DNA of 63,814 bases, the filler included, from Phoronis australis (Eukaryota; Animalia; Phoronida), in assembly GCA_002633005.1 (NCBI GenBank). It is 4 parts of 4 records of this genome, joined end to end, with 100 filler letters (N's around TTAATTAATTAA, not from the genome) between each part and the next. Parts side by side here need not be neighbours in the genome. Positions count along the whole stretch, not along the records: positions 40,339 to 62,076 come from NMRA01000824.1; positions 62,177 to 63,814 come from NMRA01003915.1; 2 more parts are not named here. One strand, written 5' to 3'. The notes beneath the pieces are model-generated. The model saw only the letters and a list, made by a program, of their open reading frames with translations, made no database searches and was not told the DNA's origin. The translations under genes were made by a program, and so were the position numbers. Positions within the stretch are counted from its first letter, which is position 1. Every line of letters begins with the position of its first letter. Of the stretch, positions 49,201-63,163 are shown piece after piece.

Positions 49201-49781
49201 AGGGCTTGAAATGACCAGTGACAAAAAGAGGTAAAATTTCCAGGTGCTGTATAGTTCCACAAATACCGGTAAATAGACTTGAGTGATAAAAATATCATTT
49301 GTATTTAAAATTTTACTGAAATAAACATTTTGGCATGAATAACGTCAAAATAAGAGGAAACTGGAAATCAAAAAGAGGAAATCAAAACCAAAAAAGATGA
49401 AAATTTCAAGCCCTGAGAACTCCTATAATCAATAAATTTACTAATGTCATAGTGATTTCAACAATATGAGACTTGAGCTTTTAAACGAATGGCAACAAGC
49501 ATTTTTTCTTGACTCATGATACAGGCATGCCACCCTTAATTGCTACTAGAGTATTACATTTTGACGTGCTTTGGGTGGAGGCCGGGCAGACCTATTCCGA
49601 CCCAAAGGGAACGCCTTGGACGCAGACCTAAAATGGATAGGTTCACAGAGAACTGTGACTGACCCTCCACTAAACATAGGCCTCCTGGCAACTGGGACAG
49701 ACATGAAAGTACCGCACCCAGGTTAACCAAGCACTAGGACTACGATAATAAATAGGGGCTCTAGTTGTACATAGGGGCTCT

Positions 49782-50190
49782 AGTTGTACGGAGAAAGTAT
49801 TAGCTCAATGAAATGGTGTCCAATGACATAACCAAAACACTGCCTAAGCCTAAACTCCCCAACTACACGGACATAATAAATAAATAAATAAATAAATATC
49901 AGGGATATGATGATAAATAAGGGACTTAGTTGTAAGGAGAAAGTATTAGGTCAGTGAAATGGTGTTCAATTCAATGACACAACCCAAACACTGTCTAAGC
50001 CTAAACTCATCAACTACAAGGACGTAATAAATAAATAAATAAATACCAGGGATATGATAATAAATAAGGGACTTAGTTGTAGTGAGAAAGTATTAGGTGA
50101 ATGGAATGGTATTCAATTCAATGACATAACCAAAACAATGCCTATAAGACTAAACTCACCAACTACAAGGACGCAATAAATAAATAAATA
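49782..50190 (+). repeat. Tandem repeat, ~2.8 copies of a 146-147 bp unit containing (TAAA)n
   Basis: agttgta..gagaaagtattag at 49782, 49928 and 50075. Confidence 0.9.
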
Positions 50191-50807
50191 CCCAAAACCC
50201 AAAGGATAAAAACCCAGTTAAACCACAAACCCCAACAGACCAAGAGACCACTTGGCCACCGTACCAGCAACCCGCTAGCACGATACCACTCCCCTATCCA
50301 ACCTTCCCCCCCGGACCTATGGAAAATGCCCTGGTCAGGCAAAGGTTTTCAAGAAAAAGTGGTTGAATACTCCTAGAAAAACCTAACCAGTGCCGACTAC
50401 GCCAATTGTTGTATTACTGCAGGTTCACTAGCTAGTACTCACCAGTTAAAATACAGCTATTCAAGCTTCAGGTAAAACCCAATCCAGGTGCCCATCCCTG
50501 ACATCCTGATTGCTTGCTGAAAGACTGCCAGCAGGGTTCCCGCCAGCAGTTTAAATAAAACAAGCATCCGGGGAACCATAAAACTGACAAATCACAAGAC
50601 ACCACAGAAAGATAAAGGACGAATGATGTTGACGATTACAACACAAACTTACAAATAAAGACTAAGGTAACGATTTATAACACAAAATTGTGTTATAGTT
50701 AACTTTAAAGTGTGAAATCGGTTAATTTACCGACGTGGGTTTTACACGGAGGCAGATATGGAGCACCGTGACCTACTTTTTGATTGTCCTCCCTACATTG
50801 GGTTCCC

Positions 50808-51290
50808 GAGTATAGTCCGGATACCTATCGTCATCAGGCTCCAAAGGTCGTCCGCCATCTTGTTTCGCGTGCAGCGCAACCACGCGGGACTTAGCGTTCC
50901 AATTTGGAGTGCTCGTCTACACGTTAGGTACTAACCTCTCGGGAGAAACACGCATGGAAGAACTGAGACTAAAATTAGTGCATTTACCGACTGTTTTTTG
51001 AGACCACTTAAAAACTTGTCGATTTTAATAATGCACTTTTTTGTTCATTTTCAGAAGATATTTTCGAAATTAAATTTTCTTCAGACGGAACAAAAAGCAA
51101 CTCAGGGATTGTCTATGCAATGTATCTATTTGTCCCAGGCACTAACCGACACCTGTTAGGCCAAAGGAAAAACGCAGCAGACAAATGGAACACGCTGGGT
51201 GCTTAACAGTTTCGACCCACGCCTTGGTCACCAAAACATTGTCCACTTGTTTTTTATTGTAAAACACAGTACTGAGCTCGACATTTATGT
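50808..51290 (-). repeat. Inverted copy 2 of the element at ~3000-3490
   Basis: Reverse-complement similarity, near-identical over 50810-50936. Confidence 0.85.
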
Positions 51291-53949
51291 TAACATTTTT
51301 GATTAAAGCATTTTGAATTTATTTGAAGAAAATTAANGAAACGGGAGAGGGGGCCGGGGGACCAAGGTACATAGTGAAGGGCCGTGCGTTGGGGGAGGAT
51401 AGAGGTTGAACTCATGTTCTTAACCAAAGGGAAGATTAAAAGACGAGTTGTTATTTCGCCTGCTAATAAACTATAGGTCGAGAGCAGCCCTGAAGTGTAA
51501 CATAATATAGCTCTGTGAAAAAAGTTTAAGAGACATTTTTATGTTTTGCCGTTTTACCCGATAATTGCGCCCGTTATCTTAAAATATCGGTCAAGTATTG
51601 CGGCCACTTTAGCATAAATAGTGACTCCGTGAAGGAATGACCCATTGCGACAGGCATTGATCGTTGGTCGTGCAAAAGATATAGTTTCAGGGAGACCAAC
51701 AATCCCCGTGAGTTGATCCGTACCTCCCATGCCCCCCGATAACCTGTCAGGATTATACGAACGTGTCAGTCCATTCTGCAATTAATAGTTAACCATATTC
51801 TGTTTTGACAAAGTGACTTTGTTTGTGATCTACATTTTATATATTTACGCAAAGTGGCCTTGAAATTTTGTTGATTAGATGCTTTACTACGTTGCAAGAT
51901 GCAGTGAATTTGGAAAAATCTTTATCATCCGACTCAAGATTTTTGCCTGTTTATTAAACTCTTAAAAATACAGATTAAATTCGAACTGTTCTACTGGGTG
52001 TCGCTGAAAACATACAACAAATGTATTTTTCATTTTCTTAGTAGGTAGTAAGGTCAGTGGTTTTCAATCCAGTTTGTGAATATTTAATTAAAATAAATTG
52101 AAAACGCAGGTTACGCCATCAAAGGTGTGTTAACTTCTGCATACTTCCAATTGACATTTATATATGATATTTCCTAATCGTGTCCGGTATGTGCATTATT
52201 TGTTATTTATAGAATTTAATTATCTTAATTACGAATAACCATCAACGCCGGTGTGGTATTTTTGACAGTTGAAGAAAGTGATCACAAAGCTTCGTACGTA
52301 ATCAAATAAAACGTTATTGTTAAAGATTTTTAAGTTGTGTACAACTGGGCTGGGTTGCATAAAACTTCGAAGTTATCAGCTGGATAAGTTTGATTGTTGC
52401 ATGACGTCAGGTGCATTGTTCAACAATAACAACGTGACACGTGATAATGCGACGTCATTGTTGCTATGCGGCGTATAACTTATGTGCAACTTGCCCCAAA
52501 AGTGTAATATTATTTTGTCTAATTTCTCATCCTCAGACCCATGCTTCACTTCTCGATTTTTCTGATAAAGCTATCATCAAAAACAAGGAAGTACAAATTC
52601 AACATGCTTTATTAAAATAAATGTACTTAAGGACTTAAAACAGAATGGGTCAGGCTAAATAACAAAATCATGAATGAATACAGTATATATAATAGTGAGC
52701 CTCTTTTTAGGTTTAAAATAATACATTTTATACATAAATATACCAAGACAAGCAAAAAAATCGCCCTAATTGCATTGTGATTTTGGCGCTGAATGCATTG
52801 CCCTTAAAACGTACCTAAAAACGTGTATACAGGGACCTAATATCAAGTATATGTTTTTTACTGAGACAATCGTCAGCTCGAAAAATAACAATTTCAAATA
52901 CTGCAAATTCCCGTACTACTGAGGGACAACGAATCTTTCGTATAATCAAATGTTCAAAGCGCGAATTTGCTGTTGGTACGGAAACTTTTTAATAGTATGG
53001 ATGTGTCTACAGAACTTGCAGAAGGGCTAAAAGGTTCTGGATAGCTTTCGTAAATGACATTTATTGGGACAAATGCGTATTCACCAACATGTTTCGAGGT
53101 CCCAGACATTTTTCAACCTCACGAAGATATTTTTTACAGTCATTACTCTAAATGAGACCAATCCTGCGTCTAATATTATTCATCGCCCGCAAGCGCCATA
53201 TATCCTAGACCCTCGCACAAAGTTCCCTACTCTTGTGCCACTTCGCTCAATCACAGTGTTTCCTGATTGCGCACCCTTTCAGGGTCCACAAAACTCATGG
53301 CGAGCCGCTCAATCCCGCACCGGACATCTCGCCTCTCACAAACATATTATTTCTTTGCTTGCGCACTGATCAGACCTGCTGCCGCCGGCTTATTGAATAC
53401 CAGTGGTGTAAAAGTGCAAGAGATCTCCTTTGAAGAATTGGACAGTCTGGTTACTTGGACTAAACTGGTATGTGATAATGAAATTCGTTATTTTGGTGGT
53501 AAACGCCGTGTCAAAATGGTTCAAATTAATAAATAGAATTTATACGATACGAACTTTAATATTTTACTCAGCTCACAGTGAATCCACATCAAAGTATAAC
53601 TCTGCATCAAATATTCTTTTAGAGAACAACTTGAAACTACTTATAGAAGTAACTCGAATTCAAAAGGCGCAGCAAGAACTGTATCACAGCTCATACACTT
53701 GTAAGTCTCCATGAGCATAACGCTGAGCCTGTGTAAACTTTTTAATCAAGTTTTGTTCGTCACGGGGCGGCGAACCATAGGGGGCTGCGGGGCTACAACC
53801 CCCCGCACTTTTTTCTGTGCTGCGCCGCCCAAGCACATAAAAGTTGTATGTTTGCCCTCCTTGGTTGACACCTCCTTTGGCACCCCCTCCTCTTGCCGGT
53901 GGCTGTGAAATCCTCACCCCTCCCCCAGGTGACACCTTTCCGCTGGTAG

Positions 53950-56900
53950 TCTAATTGCCAATCAACTCAGATCACCTCCCCTCCCTCAGTGGTTGCACGC
54001 CCATTCACGCGCACGCTAGATTTTTCACCAAAATGCTGAACGACAGGCGTAGTGATTTTTTTACTTAATTAGTGGAAGTCTCGCGTTTTCTTGGGGGTCA
54101 TTTTTTTCTCTAGCGAACGTGAGTTAGTTTGCGTTCGGGAGAAGACAATTTTAGTCCTCTCACGAACATCATTTCTTTTGCGTTCGCAAGAAGTAAATAT
54201 TTGTCTTTTCACGAACGTAAGTACGTTTTCGTTCGCGAGAAGGCAATATTCGTCCTCTTGCGAACGTGAGTTCGTTCGACGATATATTGGATTGATGGAA
54301 AACGCTCAGTGCAGGCGAACATATTTGGTCAAGTATTTTCTCAAATGATGTCTTTTTCACAAAACGGTGAGTCAAAAGTGGTGGTTTAAAACAGCCAAAC
54401 GAAAGAAGTTCTTTAAAATTCCCTTTGGTTTAGATGAATCCAACCTTGCCCCACCCCCACATATTATACATACACCCACTGCTTAATTACTAGGTCTCCC
54501 TCCTAGCTCCGTATCCGCTGATTGCACGACCACCGGTATTACCGACACTGTGGGTATTTTTTTCACGGAGACATTGATAACGTATGCTACAATTAAGGCG
54601 ATATACATAGTTGTAAGTTATGTAATAAGCGGGATAACGGCAAAACGACAAAACATCTTTTAAATATCCCTTTGATTTAGACGAGTCCATTCCCCCACCC
54701 TCCACACACACACCCATTCGTTACTAGGTCCCCCCTCCACCGTATCCTCTGATTGCATGACCCACGATCTACCGGCGTAATTATGGGGCATTTTTTCACG
54801 GAGACATTATTTATGCTACAATGACAGGGCCGTATAGGGAGCAGTGAGGCCGTGAGGGGCACGTACCTCACTTCTCAAAAATTTTTAGGCGTCAGGGTTA
54901 AACTGAGGCAACCAGGCATTGGGCGGGAACAGTCGAGAAAAGAAATGCTGCTAAATAGGGACGAGAAAATTCAAGAGAACATTTAACAACTCTGTATCAG
55001 TGCATGGTTCACCTTTTGGGATCGTGGCCATGAAATTGTTGTTAAGGTCTCCGCTTTTGCAGTACAGGTCGTCTAAAGGCACTTGAAAACGTGGGCGTCC
55101 CCATTCATACATGTACATATATTTCGAAAGATCGAGAAAATTATTAAAGCGAAGGTTTTGCAGAGAGTATTAATTTACTGGATTTTTAAATTCAATAAGT
55201 CAATTTTGCGAATGTAAAACCATATATTTTCAAAGGCCCTTCTCTTGCAAGTAATAACGGAGGCAACAGTAGCTTTATTTTTGTTCTCGAAATTGTAGGC
55301 CTATAACACCTAAGAAAATTGATGACCTGACAGAAAACATCAATTGCTGCGCATTTCCATATTTTTGAAAATTTAGATATTTTCATATTTAGGGGCCCCG
55401 CCCTTGAAGGAGGCCATTGATGACATTCAAGTGGCAACCCTTGTTGTTTTTTATTGACAAATTCTTGAGGGGTCGCTCACGGAGAGAGAGCCCAATTTTG
55501 GAATCAATTACCTTTAATTTGTTTTTTTTTTGTGAAATCGTGCAACCGACTTTAATGTTGAAGAAAGTAACTTCCTGCAGCGGTGGAATGAACTGTCACT
55601 TTTTTCTAAGCTTAATGGCTTTTAGTCTTTCATCTAAAGATGTCCCATTCCAGGCAGGTACTTCTCTCGGTGGAGCAGTTCGAGGGGAAATGTCCTTTGT
55701 CCCTTCATACATGTAAATCCGACAAGTATTCACGAGGGAAGTTGAGATTCCAAATTCATCAAAAACGCCCAACGTTCGTGCACAGCACAGCAGTATCAAG
55801 ACATTCGACCCAAACAACCAAGAAACATGAAAAATACAATAGGATTGACCGCCATCGAAAGGGTGGAATTTTGAAGAACGTGAAGACCAGTATTTGTGAT
55901 TTACACAAAAGGACTATTTCCGATGGTTATTATAATGTTACTATTTCCCATAATATCACAAGAATAATATATCTTTTAAAGATGGTAACTACAAGTTGTT
56001 TGTGGAAAACACTACTGTGGAGGCTACTATTTGTGATGACAGAGTACATGTCAAACGGGGATACTCAAAGAACCCTCGCAATCATAAACAAAGATTTCAG
56101 TGGAGTTCAAAAATCTGTCGGCATGCCTACGGAAATTGCTTATAAAATTCTATTTTGATAAACAAATTTGTTGGTTTCTGATTTACTTGTTTATGTATGT
56201 ACGAAAAGAGATAGATTCATGGATGNNNNNNNNNNNNNNNNNNNNNNNNNNNNNNNNNNNNNNNNNNNNNNNNNNNNNNNNNNNNNNNNNNNNNNNNNNN
56301 NNNNNNNNNNNNNNNNNNNNNNNNNNNNNNNNNNNNNNNAGCAACGCGGAGCGTTGAAATGCACCCACAATTGCACCGCATACGGTATCCTTCTAGGGTT
56401 GTTTATTGGTACCATAAAGTGGCCAGTAGAGGGCATACTTGTTTGGTGAAGTCCAATTGGATTGCAACGCAGAAGCTTAAAATCTGTCATTTTTATTATA
56501 CTCAGTTATATCAACTCATACATGTGACAAGAAATAGCCTTAAATGTGTAAACTATCCGTCATTATTTCATACCAGTTATTCCATGAAGTCTTGGTGGTC
56601 AACAATAATATGCAATGTCACAATGACACTTGCCCCTCACTTACAAGAGACGCCTTTTTCACTTAAGGATTTCTTAGTCATCACGTTACCGGATATTGGC
56701 TACCAGTTTTTGAATGATTGATAGTCGCTAATGTAGATTAAGACAAGTGCAAACACCACGATACCTATTTTTATATAACACCGTTGTAAACGAACGACGC
56801 GTTTTAAAAAAAGCAAAAATTTAATTCAAGAGTATAATTGTCATATGTACATGAAAAATACTACGAGCTGTATTTCTCGATTTTACCAAGCATGCTGATT

Positions 56901-59900
56901 GATAAAATTGCACAATGAGATTGTTTGTTGTCAGAGGTAACAAACTACAGCTAAAAACTGACCTAAATAACGTGTTTTCAGTTTCCAAACAAATTATCTA
57001 GTTGCATTAATAAAATATCAAACTGCACTTGCTGAGCTGACGAAAATATTCAAAAATTATTTATACGTTAAACTAGGAAAAAATAATACGTTAGCTACAG
57101 ATGAGGATACTTGAAAATCCTTGCGAATTTTTCAAGTGTCAAATTGACGCAATTCATTAGGGAATGGCTTATCAGCTGATTGCACGACCATAGATATTGC
57201 CGCCGCAACAGAGTGATCGATTATTTATGCTACAATTAATATGCATGGTTAGATATGACGTAAATAGTGGGTGTAACAGCAAAAGGACAAAAAGGACAAA
57301 ATGTTTTTTAAAATTCCCTTTGATTTAGACGAGTCCAACCCCCCACCCTCCACACAAAACCATTGCAATTGTCGAGTTTTTCACGTAGTATATGCTACAC
57401 TGGCCGCGTACTTGACGGTTGGTTATTTTTATGACGTACGTGATCAGCGGGTAAAACGGCAAAACGACATAATCTCTTTCGTCTTGTTTNNNNNNNNNNN
57501 NNNNNNNNNNNNNNNNNNNNNNNNNNNNNNNNNNNNNNNNNNNNNNNNNNNNNNNNNNNNNNNNNNNNNNNNNNNNNNNNNNNNNNNNNNNNNNNNNNNN
57601 NNNNNNNNNNNNNNNNNNNNNNNNNNNNNNNNNNNNNNNNNNNNNNNNNNNNNNNNNNNNNNNNNNNNNNNNNNNNNNNNNNNNNNNNNNNNNNNNNNNN
57701 NNNNNNNNNNNNNNNNNNNNNNNNNNNNNNNNNNNNNNNNNNNNNNNNNNNNNNNNNNNNNNNNNNNNNNNNNNNNNNNNNNNNNNNNNNNNNNNNNNNN
57801 NNNNNNNNNNNNNNNNNNNNNNNNNNNNNNNNNNNNNNNNNNNNNNNNNNNNNNNNNNNNNNNNNNNNNNNNNNNNNNNNNNNNNNNNNNNNNNNNNNNN
57901 NNNNNNNNNNNNNNNNNNNNNNNNNNNNNNNNNNNNNNNNNNNNNNNNNNNNNNNNNNNNNNNNNNNNNNNNNNNNNNNNNNNNNNNNNNNNNNNNNNNN
58001 NNNNNNNNNNNNNNNNNNNNNNNNNNNNNNNNNNNNNNNNNNNNNNNNNNNNNNNNNNNNNNNNNNNNNATGACGTCATCAGCGGGTGAAACGACAAAAC
58101 CTTTTTTAAAAATCTCTTTTAACTAAGTTGGAGTTTTGCGTTTTCTCATTGGGTTCATTTTTGGACTCTTGCGAACGTTAGTTAGTTTGCGTTTGCGAGA
58201 AGACAACACGTGTTCTCTCGCGAACGTGACCCCGTTCGCGAGAACAACGCCGGTCCTCTCGCGAACGTGAGTTCATTGGCGGACATCTTGGATCGAGGAA
58301 AAACGCTCGGGAGGCGAACATAATTTGTCGCGTATCTTCTCAAATGTTGTAGATTTCACGAAAAAGTGTGAGTAGAGTGGCGCGCGTGATCCATAAGAGT
58401 GGGTAATTGTATATTGCGACACTTCATTTTATTGTTTAAGTATTCCTGACAGAATTTGAAATGGGACCAACTTATCCGACTATTACCGTTGGAAATCCTG
58501 TTACCCCATATTGGCATTGCCTGCCTTGTTGTTCTTGCGACATTGGACCCCAACTATACACGATTATCTGATATGTGAAGCTTATCAAGTGACTAGCTTA
58601 TTTGACCCTCTTGTTTAAAAAATGCATTCTCATTTCACGACTGCGTTTTCTGTTTTAGGAGATTAGCACGAAAATTGAGGAGTTACGAGCAAAGTTTTTG
58701 GAGAAATTTACAGGTAATAATACTCATTTATTTCATTTTCTTTTACTCCTTATTGAAATTTGAATCTGCCTTGATCATGAGTCAAGTCAGTGAAATTGGT
58801 ATAGAAACTTTCTCTCGTTATAGAATTTCAGTATTCAAGTGCTTGAATAGTGCTGTTTTTTGTCACAAGATGCCAGCTTGTGTGGATACAATGATAAAAA
58901 TACCCCATTACCAATAACAGACTTTGTTTTCATCAACATAGTTTTAATGAATAGAATTTTGGAAGCATGTGCGTGCAAGGTGTCACTTATTGTGGTCAAG
59001 TTAATATGTCTTGGGTACCTTAGCACACTGAATATTTATGCTTTCAAGCTTTTGTTTCTGTGGCTGTCTCAGAGATACTAGTTTACATTATCTGTATTTG
59101 TTACCAATTTTCATTAAAAATACAATAATGCGGACTGCTCTCTATTTTGTACAAAAAATAAAGTTTATTCAATTAAGTTGGATCTTAAAACACTGTTCTT
59201 TCATTTGCCATAATTTTCTTTTGTATCATTCTTCAGATCGGATGCCGAAAACAAACTCAGAATTACCGTCCAAGCTTAATATCGACAATAGCGTTTCGAA
59301 GTGATTTCTCAACTGTTGTGTCATTGTTGGCCTATCATAACATTAGCAATGAATGCCCTTTGACATAGTAAGGAAGCTACGTATTTCACCCCTATGGAAA
59401 AATAGGCCATTTGNCCCCCCCCCCCCCCTCCACACACAGACACTATAGTGGCGGATCTAGGATAATGGGGGCGGGGGGGCAACACGTTGCCCCGGGGAAT
59501 TGGGCAAAGCGCACAGGCGACCCGAAAGTTCCAGGCCGGGGATGTGGACCTTCTGTTCGGAAAATCCATCGGTGGACTAAAGAAATAAAAAAAACGGGAA
59601 CACGATTCTGCCAACCCCCCAAATCCGCTCCCGGTCCTGGTTACTGAAGTCATTATTTCCTCACGCTTCGCGCTGTGACAGGGTTTCATTTTGCTTGCGC
59701 AGCCAGGGGGGGAAGGCCCTCCCAAATCCTCCCATGCACTACATGGCGGTTGCTCGGAATTTGCATATTCAAAGCCTGTCTATGAAATATTTTTTGTGCC
59801 ACTCATATATACTTTCTTTTTTATGATTTCTTTTTTTCGTTTCAGAAGCACTACCATGCATTTCTGACAACATGGCAAAATTAAACGGTAAAAGAGGACA

Positions 59901-60950
59901 CGTGTACTCTATATATGCTGTCATGATCATTTTCTGGTTGAACATACATACAGTGTTTATCATGATACGACTGACTGTGATTGCATGTGTTTCGTCTATC
60001 TATAGAACAGGCGCGGCGGCGAACAGGTGGCTGAAAACTCTGTGATGTTGGTAAACGATAACCGATGTGTACTTACGGAATTAAATTGGCGCAACGTCGT
60101 TTTTTGACGTCGGCCCCACTGCTCGCACCGTCTTCACCAATCAGCAGTGCTCTGTAGGTGTCGGATCACTAATGTCGGCTCAATCCTCCCTCCCCCCCTA
60201 GCTATACCCTCCCACTCGATACGTCCCAATCCTCCATATCCGGTTATTGCACGACCATTCACGAGCCATAACAAGCTTAGTGACTTTTAAACTACTAGAA
60301 GTGGAAGTTTTGTATTTTTATTAGGATATTTTTGTCGTTTCGCGAATGTAAATTCATTCGCGTTCGCAAGAACTTTGCGTTCGGGAGAAGACAATATTTG
60401 TTTTCTCGCGAACTTGAATTCGTTTGCGTTCGTGAGAAGACAATATTTGTCCCAGTGGGCAAAATGACAAAACGACATTAGATGAGTCCCAACCCCCCCC
60501 TCACATCCACTCCCCACTACATAGCTCCCCCAATCTCCGTATCCGCTTATTGCACGACCACCGATATTTCCGGCGCTGTGGCTACACTCGATTGATAGTT
60601 ATAGATATGACGTAATTAGCGTGCGAAACGTACGACAAAACGTCGTTTTAACTTCCCTTTGGTTTAGTTGAATCCAACNNNNNNNNNNNNNNNNNNNNNN
60701 NNNNNNNNNNNNNNNNNNNNNNNNNNNNNNNNNNNNNNNNNNCATCTTGGATTGAGGAAAAACGCTCGGGAGGCGAACATAATTTGTCGCGTATCTTCTC
60801 AAATGTTGTAGATTTCACGAAAAGGTGAGAGTGGAGTGGCGCGCGTGATCCATGAGAGTGGGCAATTGTATATTACGACACTTCATTTTATTTTTTAAGT
60901 ATTCCTGACAGAACTTGAAATGGGACCAATTTATCCGACTATTACCGGTA
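53950..60950 (+). repeat. Field of modular repeats (interrupted by unique and MITE sequence)
   Basis: Recurring modules: cgaacgtgagtt…gcgttcg(c/g)gagaagacaa (54113, 58171, 60340-60445); cggcaaaacgacaaaa…ccctttg(a/g)tttaga (54420, 54640, 57300, 60650); ttgcacgacca (54522, 57180, 60247, 60550). 58284-58488 is near-identical to 60743-60947. Confidence 0.85.
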
Positions 60951-61799
60951 CTTAGTATGTTCTCATCAACGATCTAAGCTGGCTGTATTTCGCTTCTTTA
61001 AACCTTTAATTATAACAATGACAAATTAAAGCATTTGTCATCTTATGCTCATGTCATTAATGATAATGGGAGTTTTTTCTGTCAGATTGATATCCATGAT
61101 GTCCATTTACAAAATTTTTTAGTTCTGTTTGACCTAACATATTGGCTGCAAGTCAATTGAACATCAAATTTTCAATTCTTTTTGAGCATAGTAGGTGTCC
61201 ACCAAAAACCCCTCACTGGCTTACTACATTTAACATGACAACTACGCGTAACCACACCAAAGTAATGTTCACACATACCATTCTGCCAGTAATAACTGCG
61301 CTGGTTATTCTGAAGGGGGGTGAGCAGACAGGTCATGTGTGACATCAAGCTCTCGATCATTGCAGATCCTCCGTTGCTCACAAGTGACCTTTGACCTAGA
61401 ACCGACAGCAAAATGAAAACTCTACAAAAGAAACAAAAGAGTGTACGCAAATAAACCAAGCAGCAAGAGCAGATTGAACAATTAAACTAAGAGAATATTA
61501 TGAGGGAAAAGAAATATAAATCACAAAAAATGTCAACTAAAGGAAAGCAACTTAATGAGTGTGCACCAGTTTAAAGGCAGAAAAGTTTAAAATACAAAAA
61601 ATAGTAATTTAACACAGTGGCGGATCTAGGATANTAATGGGGGGAGGTCGGGAGGGGGGTTTGCCCCCCTCCCGCCCAGGAAATTTTTCTGTTTTTTCCT
61701 CTAAAAATCAAGCATTTTCCTTGATTTCTGATGTATTATCCAAGAAAAAAGAAAAAAAAACAAAAAAAAACAAGGAGAACGAGTCACACAGGAAAAATT

Positions 61800-61872
61800 G
61801 CGCGTTTCAGAGACTCGAACTCACGACCTGGCTGACAGGGCGCACGTGCTTTACCACTACACCACCACGACT
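61800..61872 (-). repeat. tRNA-derived SINE head
   Basis: Minus strand gtggtggtgtagtggtaaagcac…gtcgtgagttcgagtctc has A and B boxes but no intact cloverleaf. Confidence 0.6.
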
Positions 61873-62120
61873 TCACTAATACAGTTTAACTAAGAGACCT
61901 ACTTGTTTATGGTCCACAACGTTTGCGCGCGAAACCTACTTCTTTTTGTAATGCTTATTACACGTTTTTTATTTTGTGCAATCGGTTGTTAACAAATTTA
62001 TTGTATTTAAAAATAGTCTTCAAATGCCCAAAAGACCAAATCCATTTTTCGTGTTGGCAATAATGATGGGATTGCTNNNNNNNNNNNNNNNNNNNNNNNN
62101 NNNNNNNNNNNNNNNNNNNN

Positions 62121-62132
62121 TTAATTAATTAA
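62121..62132. other. Artificial scaffold linker
   Basis: N-TTAATTAATTAA-N. Confidence 0.95.
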
Positions 62133-62196
62133 NNNNNNNNNNNNNNNNNNNNNNNNNNNNNNNNNNNNNNNNNNNNAGTTTGGCTCAACCTTGCAG

Positions 62197-62404
62197 TCAC
62201 TTGGAAATGGAAGTCATCATCACCGAGTGCGTTTACTTGAAGTGCACGAGCACCCCCTGGTGGACTTGGCACTAATAAAATTTGACCAAGAGGTCAAGTT
62301 CAGCAGCCATGCTAAACCAGTGTGTTTACCACCAAGTAACAATGTTGCACCAGTCAGTAGTACGTGCTACACTGCAGGCTGGGGATACACATTTGCTAAT
62401 GCTG
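62197..62404 (+). CDS. Internal exon of a trypsin-like (S1) serine protease
   Basis: ttgcag|…GCT G|gtaggt; encodes SLGNGSHHHRVRLLEVHEHPLVDLALIKFDQEVKFSSHAKPVCLPPSNNVAPVSSTCYTAGWGYTFANA, with DLALIK (catalytic Asp), PVCLP and C-x-x-x-GWG. Confidence 0.88.
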
Positions 62405-63163
62405 GTAGGTTCATGCAAATATAATTTGAAGTAAAAAATCATGGCCTGCTGTGACAACTATTTGAAATTAGGTAAATTATTGGTTTCACCACAAGTTAAA
62501 GCAATCTGCCGTGAATTTCTACCACTTTTTCAGAGCAAAGTGATTTTGTAACTGGTAACTACAAGGTAGTCAGTCGTCTTTGTTCTTCCTGCTCAGATGT
62601 TACAGACATTCTCATTAATAATGTTCTTTTCTCATGAACTTTCTCAAATTTCTTCTTACAATCAAATTTTTTCTCACGAGTCGCAATTTTTTCTGTTTGA
62701 CAGGAGGCATGTGTTATTAAATTTATGTTGTATACTATACACTATATATATATATTAAATTTAACTTGTTAAATGCATTTATCGTCATTATTTTGACACT
62801 TGTCTCCTTATTTTGATACTAGTCCTTAGGGTTTATTTTGCATTACTCATCTCTATTTATAGCCTCTAGGGCCTACTTTTGTATTCATACGTTTCTCTAC
62901 GCGACTCCTGATTGGTCGCCCATATTTCCTTTGTTCTGTTCAACGTGGTCTCTCATTCAGCCACCTACCTCGTCATCTACAAGACCTACGTNTCGTTCTC
63001 TTCATTTTTTGTTTGCATTTCTTCGTTTCCTTTCGACCCTTGACCCCTTTCTCCGTTCGGGTGCGACGCTCTGTCACTTCTCGTTCCCTGCTTTACTTCG
63101 TCCTTTTCGAGGTAAGTCCCGTTTTTCTGATTTTAACCAACCTTTTTATTTACGTTATACCCC

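Noticed and set aside
49782-50190. Possible CRISPR or ncRNA array
   Set aside because: Whole-unit tandem duplication without unique spacers.
51554-51781. 75-aa minus-strand ORF as a possible exon
   Set aside because: It overlaps an inverted copy of the 54-61 kb repeat modules and has no recognisable domain.
55640-56158. 172-aa ORF
   Set aside because: No recognisable motif or splice signals supporting it. It may be decayed TE or pseudogene sequence and needs BLASTX.
61224-61280. Hydrophobic MVCVNITLVWLRVVVMLNV + gtaagc (minus strand) as the Ly6 signal-peptide exon
   Set aside because: It ends in phase 0 while the exon at 46215 needs phase 1, and it lies 15 kb away. Unsupported without an intervening exon.
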